Source of the DNA: Seison nebaliae
Taxonomy: Eukaryota
Direction of reading: 5' to 3'
Length of the DNA: 46,549 bases
Assembly (NCBI GenBank): GCA_023231475.1
Contig: JALJEE010002929.1
Coordinates: 1-46,549, forward strand
In this document: positions 12,463-24,650 of the stretch, piece after piece
Numbering within the stretch: position 1 is the first letter of the stretch
Layout of the letters: every line of letters begins with the position of its first letter
The notes under the pieces: generated by a model
Database searches by the model: none
What the model was told of the DNA's origin: nothing
Seen by the model: only the letters and a program-made list of their open reading frames with translations
Position numbers and translations under genes: made by a program

Positions 12463-13515
12463 TGATTATGGATTAGATCATTCGATAATATTTTGAATTA
12501 TATGTAGGATTTAAATTATAAAAATTGATTTTAATTCATCGATCAAGCGGAAAATGAAGCGAATGTATTTGTACATATAAGTATAAGGTCAATCGTTAAA
12601 TTTTAAAAAATTCAGAAATTTCTTTTATATATTTCCTATTGAACAACAAAGTTGTCAATAAAACCTACATGAAGTATTTACTGATAAAAATTTCAAATAT
12701 TTGATTTTATAAAACAACCAACTTGAATTTCTACTTCAAAAAAAATCTGTGGATAAGGCTCACCGAAAATCGATGTTTTATTACAGATAATACTAATCAT
12801 CAACATTTTCGATCTTGTTTGACATATGACATGTTATTACGGTGGTATATTCCATTTTCCTGTTCTTCGAACCTCGGAGAATAACCAACAATTCTTCTTT
12901 TTGTTCGACCTTTTTATTCATTTGACTTCTAAAATTGGAATTTCGTATTCATCATGGATATCAAAACTATTAACTACCCACACGTTCTTGCAATCACCAA
13001 GAAAGCTGAAAGAAATTATGCATATCTTAAAAACAACATATGATAAATTTATAAGAAAATTTATTTCTGATTGGATAGTTAAGGTACATTCCTAAGCTAT
13101 TTTATCTCTAATATATTTATGTCCCTAGGATAAAGAATGATCTAGTTATACAGTATTTCTGTTGTATATTTTATTATTATTATTATTTATAAAGAATACA
13201 ATCACAATTTTTGGAATAGAATAGAAACTAAATTCGCAAAAAAATTGGTGAGACCGGAAAAATTATTATTGCGAATTATCCGGTACATACTCATCTACTT
13301 TGAAACGAATAAACATATTTCTGGCATCAGATAAGGATGAAGGATATGTAATTTGATAGTAAGAACAAAAATAACGGAGTAGAAAATTAACTTGTTCACA
13401 TTGCAGAAATTCCGGAAACGGAAACGGCGATGTCAAAATGTTTTCCGACACGAGATACCTCTCAAGCAGAACCACCGGAAAAGGGAGGTACTTCTCCAAT
13501 GGAAAACATCAGAGC

Positions 13516-14145
13516 TCAGCAAAAAGGTCTAGGACGACCGAGTAAGATTCCAATGCATCTGACAACAATCTGACTTAATGTAATATTGTATTCTCCTAAT
13601 ACTAAATTAAACATTTCCTTGATATTATTTGCATCATGCACCACATTGAAGAGACGCATACCTAAACTAATTTTCCTATCTAAACTTCCATCCATAAATC
13701 TTAAACTTAAACCTATAAATCTGGATTGCATGTGACTCCAGCAGTCGCAGGTTACTGAAATAAATTTTCCTACGATTTCCTTGCGAATAATAGATTTCAG
13801 CCTCTCAGAAATCTCCATTAAAATTGTACGTGTCATTTTCGTTCGAGAAGGTACCACCAATCTGAGATTCATTTCGTGGTAAAAGTCCTTGAACATCTTA
13901 TCTTCTATTAATGATATTGCCACGATATTCATTGCAACCATCAATCCCAATTTTTTCTCGCAAATTGCCTGTTTCTTTGTCGAAAATTGTGCTTTCGAGT
14001 ACTCCTCTTCATGGTTTTTCTCCAAGTGCTTCCATAGCGTCGACGTGCTCTTGCAATTTTTGCTGTAAGTTGCCGAACAATACTTACATAAGATTCGGGT
14101 CTCGTCTTCTTCAAAGTGCTTCCAGGCCTCGCTTCCTTTCGTCAT
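13516..14145 (-). mobile_element. Truncated hAT-superfamily transposase (BED zinc finger and N-terminal part of the catalytic domain)
   Basis: BED finger 'SEAWKHF...CKYC...STSTLWKHLEKNH', 'PSRTKM', first catalytic Asp motif 'SVTCDCWS', 'HDANNI'. Similarity stops before the second catalytic Asp. No TIRs recognised. Confidence 0.85.
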
Positions 14146-14289
14146 AGTTAGTGCTGTTCTTCATGTTCTTTCGAAAGGAGTAGAAGCTTCTTATGAATTT
14201 ACGACGAATGCTGTCCACAAACGAAGAACTTCTTTTCCTTTTATCTATCAGATAACCAAGAAAGACAGTCTCGTTGCAACACATCGATT

Positions 14290-15260
14290 TAAGACGAGAA
14301 TATCTGCATAGGAATAAACAGATGGGAACGTCGAACCTCCACATACGAATGAACACTGATTATTACACTGATGAAACAGAAATTACTTAATTCTGCAAAG
14401 ATTTCATTATTCCTAATGAAACTCGGAGATAAATTGAAATCTCCTCCAAATATTATACTCCTACTTCCATTTACGTCGATTCAATCCTCAATGAATGATG
14501 GTTATATAGACGTTCACCAAGATCATTCTTTCCACCTCAATTGCAGCAATATAATCGGAGACCAGCCTAAAATTACAGCATCGGAGACAATTTCTGACGA
14601 GGATCATCAATCCGGCAGAACACCTTCCTTTACCAGTTAGACCGTTGGGTGGAATATCCGGAATAATGTGAAGAGAATGTGTTTTAAGTTCATTGAGTAT
14701 AATAGGAGGAGACATGAGCCATGTTTCCTGCACTAAGACCACATCGAACTTGTACAGTTTATCAATAAACGGAATAAGTCCACTTGGGCGAAATAATAAA
14801 TAAACTAATTATCGAAATTGATTTATCATAATCATCTTTATATTGTGACTTCCGATAATCTTCGCGAAATAGTCACTTACCAGGGTTAGACGATCTATGA
14901 TCTTCCGAATGTTCTCTCTTATAGAGGTGGGAACATCGTTCATCCAAGAATTTAAACATACTTTTCGTTACTGCAAATGGCCTTATCCCGATATCATTCG
15001 ACCAGAAATCACCATAGTAGACGACATCCATTCCTTTTTTTTTATGCCAACAATGAATTTTTTTTTCCTGCAAGATAGCTGTTTACCGTCGAAAGTTTTT
15101 TCGATGCAGCTTCTCGATGCAGGAACCACGTTCTTCTTCTTCATATACGATTCAATATTCTTTACCGTAACTTGGTTCTGGATGTTGGAGAGCAATATCC
15201 TTTTGGTGGATATTGGAATATTAAGTTGGAATATTGCGACCGTTAACAATTGTAAAACAG
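14290..15260 (-). mobile_element. Degenerate non-LTR retrotransposon 5' remnant (ORF1-like RRM region plus APE endonuclease); no RT visible
   Basis: APE motifs 'FDVVLVQETWL', 'GRCSAGLMILVR', 'ILVNVY', 'IIFGGDFN' across stops/frameshifts. Upstream 'RILLSNI...FIVGI...FWSNDIGIRPF' resembles the ORF1 C-terminus of invertebrate LINEs. Confidence 0.7.
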
Positions 15261-15305
15261 ATAAGGAATCTGTAAGATCTGACCGTCACGAGCTGATTCA
15301 ACGGT

Positions 15306-15430
15306 CTAACAACTATTTAAGTTTTTTAAATAGTCTTCTCTTTTCTTCGCACTGACAAAGCAAATAGATCTATTTGTCAAATAGTCCGAAGAAATGAGAA
15401 GACTATTTAAAAAACTTAAATAGTCGTTAG
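15306..15430. repeat. Long inverted repeat / hairpin (48-bp arms with 3 mismatches, palindromic centre)
   Basis: CTAACAACTATTTAAGTTTTTTAAATAGTCTTCTCTTTTCTTCGCACT (15306-15353) versus the reverse complement of 15383-15430. The centre CAAATAGATCTATTTG is a perfect palindrome. Confidence 0.9.
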
Positions 15431-16223
15431 AATTATTAGTCGTTAGCTCAGTATGGAATTATTTCGAGAAGAAAAAGATCGACGGAAAATCCTTTGCAGT
15501 TTACAATAGTTGTAGTGAAAAAAATTGCAGAAATAATCATAACGACACATCATAAAGGGTTCACATCATAAAGAAATCGATCTTAATAAAGAAAAAGAAC
15601 AAGGTAACGACTGTGAAAGATTAATCGCGCTCTTGATTGCTGTAAATTTATGCCCAATAAATATAGTAGAACATCTTTTTTTATCGAATATAGTAAAAAG
15701 TTGAATCCCAAATTCAACGTACCGTCTCGAAATAAGATTGTTAACGTTTGTTTGCCAAATAAAGAAACAGCAACAAAATTTTTTCTATTAAATAATCTTG
15801 TAAGATAAATGTTTTCGTAAATACTTTTATTATTCGTTACATAAATAAATATTTATATAGTTGTGCGTATTATATAAGTATTATATGTGCGGAAATCTGA
15901 ACTTTTTAGTTATTACAATAATTATTAATTAATTAAATAATTGTTCAAACTTTGTTCAAACAACTGATGTGAACACTTTTCAAGAATAGCATCTTTGAAC
16001 AATGTATAGGAGTTTCATAAAATCTGTTTTTTATGAATCCAGACTCCACACTTTTAGTTCGAAAAATGTATATTCTGTTCGTGTTCATTCGGACAGCTCT
16101 ATCGTTAACATCATCAATGATGATTCGAACCACTTAATTTAAGTGGTTGGAATATTTGAAAATGAAGGAGTTCAATCGCCCATCTGAAAAGTAAAATGAA
16201 ATAGATAATCATTCATAAAATAA

Positions 16224-17339
16224 ATGAAAAGCTTCAACCAAATGAATGTTACTAGTCGAACGGTCGTAGAAGGCTCATCGAAAATTTGTGCTCTCACTGC
16301 TGATCGGGTTCGAATTGAATATGAATGGTTGAATGAGACGACTGATGGTAGAGTAGAAGAAACGATAGTAATTGGTAGATATGATTCTTTTGAATCTAAA
16401 TTGCTTCATATGTGTGTGGCTGGATGTCGTGTGAATGAAGAGAAAGAATTTACATTTCATTCCGATAGTTTTAAATCGAATCAATTAAACTTGAAATTGA
16501 TCGATATTGAACAACAGGATGATGGAGTAGATACGACTGAACGGATTATGTCGATGATTAACGAAGCGGAACAATTGAAGATTGGAGGAGATAGAGCATA
16601 TAATAAAAAAGATTGTCGTTTTGCATTGGCGGCATATCGAAGAGCATATTTCATAGCCAATTTTATTGACTTAAAAATTAATTTGAATAACAACACTAAT
16701 ACGATTAATAATGAAGAGACTGGCGATGATGAAGAAATGGAAGTTGGATTACTTACCACCAATATACAATTGGGAATAACGGATGAATTTATCGTTCCAA
16801 AAATGATAATGAAATTGATGAATAATATTCTCATTATTATTTTCAAATTACATTTCGACTCATTACCTTCGATGATAAATGATGCCTTAAATCATTGGAT
16901 GGAGAAAAGAGAATTTGATAAAATTAACCAATTCCAAAAAGATAATAAAGATTTAATTTCAAAGTCATATGAATTGAATGGACTTCTTCTCAAATTGTTC
17001 AACATTAATTATGTCATAAAAGACATTGGAGCTGATCCCAAACATTTAATCACAATTGACAATCGAGCAAATCAACATCTTCTGGAATTTATTATGATTG
17101 AACGATCGTCAATTGTCATTCTGTTGAAAGCACTTATACGCCAAACTTATTTCGCTTTAATTTCCTTCGACATCGAAGTGGCTTTTACTTATCTCAAAAA
17201 AATAATGGAATTGAAGAATGATCATGGAATCAGTTTACAATCATCTATCACTCAATATCTTAAACTATTACAAGAGACATATATAGAACATATCAGAAAG
17301 AAGCAAGAAGAATCGAAAAGATCATTAGCAATCGGCTAA
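16224..17339 (+). CDS. FKBP-like domain plus TPR protein (degenerate immunophilin-type co-chaperone)
   Basis: Single-exon 371-aa ORF. The N-terminus resembles a degenerate FKBP fold ('IVIG...LLHMCVAGCRVNEEKEF'), followed by TPR-like 'AEQLKIGGDRAYNKKDCRFALAAYRRA' and 'ILLKALIRQ'. Confidence 0.6.
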   Translation: MKSFNQMNVTSRTVVEGSSKICALTADRVRIEYEWLNETTDGRVEETIVIGRYDSFESKLLHMCVAGCRVNEEKEFTFHSDSFKSNQLNLKLIDIEQQDDGVDTTERIMSMINEAEQLKIGGDRAYNKKDCRFALAAYRRAYFIANFIDLKINLNNNTNTINNEETGDDEEMEVGLLTTNIQLGITDEFIVPKMIMKLMNNILIIIFKLHFDSLPSMINDALNHWMEKREFDKINQFQKDNKDLISKSYELNGLLLKLFNINYVIKDIGADPKHLITIDNRANQHLLEFIMIERSSIVILLKALIRQTYFALISFDIEVAFTYLKKIMELKNDHGISLQSSITQYLKLLQETYIEHIRKKQEESKRSLAIG

Positions 17340-17450
17340 TAAATGAGAGATCGATTAAATAATAAATTTAAAAATGGAAAAAACTTTTTATTTTATGATA
17401 TTCAGTTAATTTTTTTTAGTTTTGATCATAAAAATTTCGGTGGGAGAATC

Positions 17451-18854
17451 TTAAAAAAAATGATAAAATGGAAATTGAAATTCCTCAGGATTGCCATAAA
17501 GGTCATAAAGGAAACAGAGTGCACCACACCAACCTTCAAAGAGAGAGAAAGGACGATCAGGAATTCGAGCTTCTTTAAATGTTTCACTAAATAAAAATTG
17601 ACTGAACATTTTCCCACGTTCCAACCAAATTACATTACCTTTTTTTGTTGAATTAGAAGATGGATTTGAAGAAAAAACTTCTAATCAAATTGGTAACTTG
17701 TTAATTTGAATAAGTAAAGGAACATATAACCGTTACCGGAGATACCATGACAAAGACCTGGTCCTTTTTTAAGTAAACCTTTTTTCCATATTAATTCTCC
17801 GAAATCATTCAAAATTTTCATTTCATCAAATTCTTCTAATGATAAGTTTCTTTCCTTTCGAACATTGTTCATCAGAATCAAAAGTGGAACATAACCAGGT
17901 GCACCATGACACCAATGCACTAATTCAGCTTGTCGATTACGTGATGATTTCGATGATGGAATATTGCCATCTTGAAAATTTTAAATTTTCCAAATTAGAA
18001 AATATCAAGAGAAAATTATAAAAGGGAAACCATGATTTTGGAAAGTTAAAATTCTTCGTATTTTCCTATAAATCAAATTCAATTGTTCGTTATTAAGATG
18101 TCGATGATTCATTAAAAGAGTTCCTACAATTCCACAAACACCATGTGCTCCTCCATAATATTCCTTATCATGCCAATACCATTGGAGATTAGATGTGGAA
18201 TTCTTCATCCCATTTCTCATTATTTGACGAACGACTCCCTCAATCACTTCGTCAATAGTTGAGAGAATATTGGAATAGTTCATTTTAATTAGTAGTTCAG
18301 ATAAATATTTCAATCCCATTAAATATCCTGCTTTTCCTGTCAACATTTCATCATTCTCTAAATAATTTTCATCCTCATTAATCATTCGACCAATATGTAC
18401 ATATTCTTCTACACAGCTCTTAACCAAATTCATATTAACAAAAGGAAATCGAATAAATTGATTGAATATCACCAAAATTGGAAATGATGCGTCTCCATTA
18501 ATAAATATTCGACGTTTCTTACTATTCAAATCATCATTAAACTTTTTAGTAAAATCTCTAATGAATCTATCGATTTTTCTCTCACATTTCTCAAATAACT
18601 GGAGAAGATAATAATAACTTATTTTAGAATTAAATAGAAGATTAAACATGTTTATCGAGATTCTTTATAAAATTCAACATTTTCAATAAAGTCCAACATT
18701 GACCTAATCCGCCCGTATATAATCCACCATTCTCATTGAAATCATTATGGATAATGTCAGAAATGACTACTTTCATTTTCATGAATATCGTTCTCTTATC
18801 ATCAATCTGATGAAGTTGAAGACTATTCCTAAAATATCTCTCATTCCCTCCCAT
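17451..18854 (-). CDS. LanC-like protein (LANCL family, LANCL3-like), 4 exons
   Basis: 'ERYFRN', 'GGLYTGGLG', 'DEMLTGKAGYL', 'YYGGAHGVCGI', Zn-ligand motifs 'VHWCHGAPG' and 'GPGLCHGISGNGY', C-terminal 'PDRPFSLFEGWCGALCFLYDL...FPFY'. Confidence 0.92.
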
Positions 18855-19883
18855 GTCTAACAATGAGAAGTTAAAGGAAATAAAGTTTTAATTTTAAATT
18901 AAATAGACAATTAGAATGAGAAATATGGTGGAAGGATCTGAACACGCTCCATCGAAATACCAAACTCATACGTGTTTCCTCATAGAGAAGAAAGACGAAC
19001 TCAAATAAAAACAATAGGAAGAGAAGAATAATTTCCAAAATATGAGTAAAGAGTATAAAGATATAAATTATTTGCTTTCATCTTTCCAAAATAAGTTGAT
19101 GATGAAATTTAATTTTTATGAAAAATTTAATTGTTAACACGAATTCCAATTGAGATATCGCTGACAACAATAATTTGGCCATGGTAAATTATTTGGTTTC
19201 GATTCGCGTCCATTCCGTTCCAGAGTGACAGAAATGAATATTATAATTTATAAGTTTGTGTGTTACAAATAAGAACATTTGATCAAAATATAGACTGATA
19301 GATAATGTAAAAACATTCACAAATACGAAATATCTTCTTTCTCAAATATTCTGATATTAATCGCAATTGATGATTCATGCACGACAGATGCGTAGTAGAA
19401 GAATGAATGAATGAATGAAGGGAATTGATTAGAATCGATAACCGAATCCTTGGTAATATTTGGCTAACGGAAATGTTAGTAAGGAAAATGAGAGAAAAGG
19501 AAAGTTTTATCTTCCACAAACTCCCAGAACATTTGGAAGGTGAGAAGGAATAGATGGAGAGGAAATCACCATTCACCATCAATAATTAGAGATGAAAGTG
19601 AATTAGATAAATAATAAGATCATCAATCTTTCGATTCGACAAAACGGAATCAATTTACAGATATCATTATTAATATTACACTCAGATGTGTTAACTTCGA
19701 ATTGAGAATTTTGAGAAAGTTTTCTTTGGAGAAAATAGAAAGTTCCCGTCCAATACATTTTTTTTTCTGATGTACAATTCGTCAGAAAAAGTCTTGCACT
19801 GTTTAATAGATGATTTTGGGAGGGGGGCAGTTCAGAAGAGATCAGTTGTCAAAAAACTTCCATTTATCATTTCACTCTCATAT

Positions 19884-22800
19884 TCAGATCAGTAAGAGAC
19901 TGACAATTTCATTGTCAAATTTATGATGATTCAACTTTTCGAAAACATGTTCAGCATCTCGTGCTGTTCGAAAAGCGATGATGACATCACCAGTCGCTAA
20001 GCCATCATCAGTCTGACGTATTTTAATCGATTCTTCAATCGGATTATAATCTCGGAAATAATTATAAATATCAGAGCGACAAGCCTGTTTAGGACAGTTT
20101 GTAGCAATTATTAAACGTCCCTCAAACTTCGTCAATTCTTTAGGAATAGGCGGTAAATTTTTGTCGATGGATTTCGAAGTTAAAAAATTAGAGTCGGTTG
20201 GACCTGTTACAACCAATGAATTATTTCCAATTTTGTTGTTGTTGTTGGTAGTGGTGCTGATGTTATTATTGTTCTTATTAATTGTTGAATTTTGATGATG
20301 ATGATTATGTGATGTATTGATTGATGATTGACTATAAGCCGTAGAGATAATGTTAGAATTATTATTTTCGTTGATATCTACAATGACGAAATGAATTGGG
20401 AGAATTTAAGAAAATTTTTAATATTTGCTTATCTTCAACTAACTAACCGGTTGGTTGGGGGAGTGGAAGTAATGGATTTTTCGAATCAGGTCCATCATTC
20501 GAATAACCGTTTGACGGCGAGTAATTATGATGACTTTTACTCGTCGAATTAACTCGAGTATTTGACGAATGAGAATGCGCATTATGTGAACTACCATAAT
20601 TCATTGAATTTCTCGAATAATTATCATCATTATATGATGAATTGACATCATTTCTCGTTGAATAATTCTTATTTGAATTATTATGAGTACCATTAACAGT
20701 ATTATTGTTGTTATTGTTGTTGTTGCTGTTGTTAGTGGAAGAAGAATTCATACTATAACTCGGTTTCATATAGTTAACTGATCGTGTATTATTCATTCTT
20801 TTTTCTTCATAACTTCTATTGTGATTATTGTTGTTGTTATATGACGGTTTCCCATTTAAACCATTCCCACCAATCGATTTCGTATCAATATCACTCATCA
20901 ATGGTTTTAATGATTTATGATTTCTATAAATATTGTAAAATAATAATATATTTAACTATTTGTTCAAAAACTAACATGCTATTGCCATTGGATGATGAAT
21001 TAGTCGATATAGTATCAGAATTCCGTGAATAAGATCTACTCGGATTACTAGTCATCGGATTTGATCGATTGACATTATGAGAATTTGGATGATATGGATA
21101 AGTATTCTTCGATGAGCTCTGATATCTTCTTTCTGTTGCTTTCCGATAATAATCATCAGATGAGATACAATCAACAAATATTATTCTAATTTAAAAAAAT
21201 ATTTAATTATTTTCAAAAAAAAAACAAAAAAAAATATGAACCTTCCTCCAAATTTTGTTCGATTTAATTTCATTTGAGCATTTCTCGCATCATCACTTAG
21301 AATGAGATGAATGAATGCTACAGTTTGACGTTTGCATTGCCATTCCGTTTCGAGAATATGAACTGATTCTCCATTTGCTATTTGATAATCGGATAGTAAT
21401 CGACAAATGTCATCATTCGTACAATCTCGAGGAACATTAGCGATAGACAAATAATTGAATGAATTCTCTCCATTACCATTAGTAGTTGGATGATGAATAT
21501 TATTATTATTTCCATGAACAGTTGACGGATTTGTCACTTTCGGTTGTCGAAATTTATTTATTGGCGGTTCCATTTCCTGATTATTTCTTGACATTTTCGG
21601 AGGAATTGGCACATCGTTCATATGTAATGAATGTTTGCTAGAACTACTTGTTCGGAACTTACCAAAATATTCGATTAGTTTCTCATCCAAATCTCTCTCC
21701 GACACTTTTTCTACTGTTAACATTTGTCCTAAGAATTGCATACCGTTCGATGAACGACAAATACTCCTCACATCCACATCATTCGGCATCAAAACAATCG
21801 CATTGGAGAATCGTCGTTGTCCAGGTGGATAAGAATAAAGATAAACATCTCGATCCTTCAACGGAATCGATTTAAACAATTGACGAACATCAGACTTTTG
21901 TACTTTCGTTTGGAAGGACGACAATTTGACACATTGTCGATATTCGTCAAGAAGACGTGAATGTTCTGGTTTGTATGAATCAACGAAATTGACGAATTCA
22001 AATTTCGTTATTGGACGAACGACCAATTCTTCGATTTTGCAATTTGGATTAGCTTCGATGAATTTCGCTCGATCGATATTCTTCGTCTTAACAATTCGAT
22101 GAACGTGATAACATTCCTCTTTATGTGAGAGAGAGAGTAGGACACGTCCCGTTCGACAACCATACTCATCATTAATAAATTTCACATTCTTCTTCGTAAG
22201 AAGAACGGGCGAAATGAGACTAAGAATTACTGAGAAGGAGCAATCTTCATCATTTTTGGGGAAACGACTAATTTCTAGACATTCACAAGTAAATTCTAAT
22301 GAATAAGGTGTTTGTTGTTGAATTGGTGAATGTATTTGCGAAGTACGATAATTAGATGGTTCGACTGGAATGTTGTTGTTGTTGTTGTTGTGATTAATAT
22401 TATTATTAATATCTTTATTAAATCTCGTGAGTGAATGATCATAATCTTTCCTCTCATACGAATCGTTTAATTCTCGAGAATCAGTTTTATATGATGCAAG
22501 TGGTGGTGATGATTGCCGTAATCGTTCCGATTCATTCAATTTATCATTATTATACACAACTTTCCGTTGAGTCTGCTCAGGCAAGCTAATGGGTTTTGTC
22601 TCTTTCCCAGTCATTTCACTCTCAATTTGTGGAATGAGTTCTTGCATCTCCTCCATACTACTCTGATAGAGACGAATCTTATTGTCAAAGAACATCTTCC
22701 CATCCAATCTCAATGCTTTCTCCGCATCTTCTCTCGTGACGAATGCGATGAAAGCATTTCCTTCTCGACCTCCAACAACATGAACACCACCGTTCGGAAT

Positions 22801-22893
22801 ATTGAGACCGCGAAACAATTGACGAATATGTTGTGTACGTGCCGAATATGACAAGTTTTTCAAACGAATTATTACTGACGTCGATGCGTCCAT
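19884..22893 (-). CDS. RBM12: RBM12/RBM12B-like multi-RRM RNA-binding protein, 4 exons, Asn-rich linker
   Basis: N-terminus 'SVIIRLKNL...IRQLFRGLNIPNGGVHVVGGREGNAFIAF' and C-terminal RRM 'IYNYFRDYNPIEESIKI...ATGDVIIAF' are characteristic. Frame is restored by three introns. Confidence 0.85.
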
Positions 22894-23843
22894 CCTGAAA
22901 CGAAGAAACGAACAACCAGAATCGGAGTAACAGGTCGTCGATCAGAATTTTTCAATACTTAATACCTCTCAACTTTTATCCCAATCTTTTAATTCACTTG
23001 AGATTTTTAAACGAATCTCCTTTCTCGGATTTTACTACACTAATTTTCACGAACGATATAATCACTCTGAATATCAGATTTAAATGATGATGATGATGAT
23101 AGTATAATTAAAGCAAATTCTAAATCGATCGATAAAAAGAAAATTCGGTTATGAAATTGCAGACAGAGGAAATATTTTTTTTAGTCAGATAATAAAAATT
23201 GTTCGAACAGTCAAATCTCACGGCAGATAACTACAGCGAAAATAATACAAAGATACAAAATGAAATGAACAAATATCCTTCTTATAAATTCAGAATAATT
23301 CGCCTGTACAATTTGTGACTTGTACATTCTAACATACGATAGTACACCTAGTTGTCCAACATGTGAATATGAATAAATATCTGTTTCTATCTTTCGCTTC
23401 AAATACTTAAACATGGATAATATGATTAGAAATAACACTTTCCGTAGTTAATCTACCACGAATTTTAATAACTAATTTTGTTTTAGAATTTCAAATTTTC
23501 AGCTTATTATCGACAATGTTCAAAAAATAATAAAAAGATATACGATTTTTTCTCATGTTTCACTCCTTTATTCGAAACAGTTTTCAGTCTGACTAATACT
23601 ACTTACAAATGTTAAAAGAGATTAAACCAAATTTACAAAATAAAATAACATCTGTCGAAGGAAAGAGATACTGATTGATCCTATTATAAGGAAATTACAA
23701 TAGTTGACGAAGTTATATTAATACAATTATTATTAGTATAAATTAAAAATTGTTTTGTTAAGTAAATGTTTAATATAATACTACAGTCTTCTTTTTTAAA
23801 GTATTAAATATTTGGCTGAATAATTAATTGGGAATAAGTTGAA

Positions 23844-24632
23844 ATGTCTATCGTTTTTTCTTCTAAAATTGATGACAATGAATATGATGCTTTGATGAAA
23901 GATAAGAATGTGGTAAAAGAATTGTTGGAACAAAATAATTCGATTATTGGTAATATTCGCCAATTGCAGAATCGATGCCAATATAATGAGGTGATGTCTC
24001 AATTGAAAGTTGTACATAGGAATCTCGTATATTTGACGAATGCAGCTAATTTAAAATTTCCAGAAATGAATTCGATGCTCCAACAACCCGAACAGATTTT
24101 GAAGACAAACAATGAGACGAACTCTTTTTTGAATAATTTAAATTATAATTCAAATATTGCTTCCGTTTCTCTCCAATCACCAGCGATAGAAGAAACGAAA
24201 ACTCAACCGGATGTTACAAACAATAATCCATCAATTCCTCAACCATCACATCACCACCATCACCATCACCACCACCACCAACAACAACGTCAATTGAATG
24301 AACAGGAACATTTTCAGAAATCGACTGTTCCTGAACAACGTCAACAACAAAATATTCAACAAACTTATCAGTCTCCTTCACAAACCAATATTTATCAACA
24401 ATCCATCCAACAACAACAACAACAACAACAACAACCACAACAACAAATAATACAAAATCAGATGGTATATAATTCAATTCCTCAACCGCAACCACAATCT
24501 CAATTGAGTAATACGAACATTGATATGAATCCATCAATGTTCCTTCCACCAATTCAATTACCATCAGTTAATGTCAATCCACTTCCGATGACGACAATGA
24601 ATAATATAAATAATTTTAATTCTCAAGAATAA
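23844..24632 (+). CDS. SS18/CREST-like BAF subunit (SSXT domain plus Q/H/P-rich tail)
   Basis: 'VKELLEQNNSIIGNIRQLQN...LKVVHRNLVYLTNAAN' matches the SSXT (SNH) domain; poly-His and poly-Gln tail. Confidence 0.85.
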   Translation: MSIVFSSKIDDNEYDALMKDKNVVKELLEQNNSIIGNIRQLQNRCQYNEVMSQLKVVHRNLVYLTNAANLKFPEMNSMLQQPEQILKTNNETNSFLNNLNYNSNIASVSLQSPAIEETKTQPDVTNNNPSIPQPSHHHHHHHHHHQQQRQLNEQEHFQKSTVPEQRQQQNIQQTYQSPSQTNIYQQSIQQQQQQQQQPQQQIIQNQMVYNSIPQPQPQSQLSNTNIDMNPSMFLPPIQLPSVNVNPLPMTTMNNINNFNSQE

Positions 24633-24650
24633 AGTTAAAATTTTTGTAGT

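Noticed and set aside
12826..13095. 89-aa ORF and nearby minus-strand frames
   Set aside because: No motif or consistent exon chain.
15300..15440. Hammerhead ribozyme or Penelope-type repeat in the hairpin
   Set aside because: No CTGANGA...GAAA core found, and the adjacent endonuclease is APE-type rather than GIY-YIG.
13240..15730. Terminal inverted repeats/TSD delimiting a complete hAT element
   Set aside because: Only short partial matches (GAGACCGG / CCGTCTC); no convincing TIR pair or 8-bp duplication.
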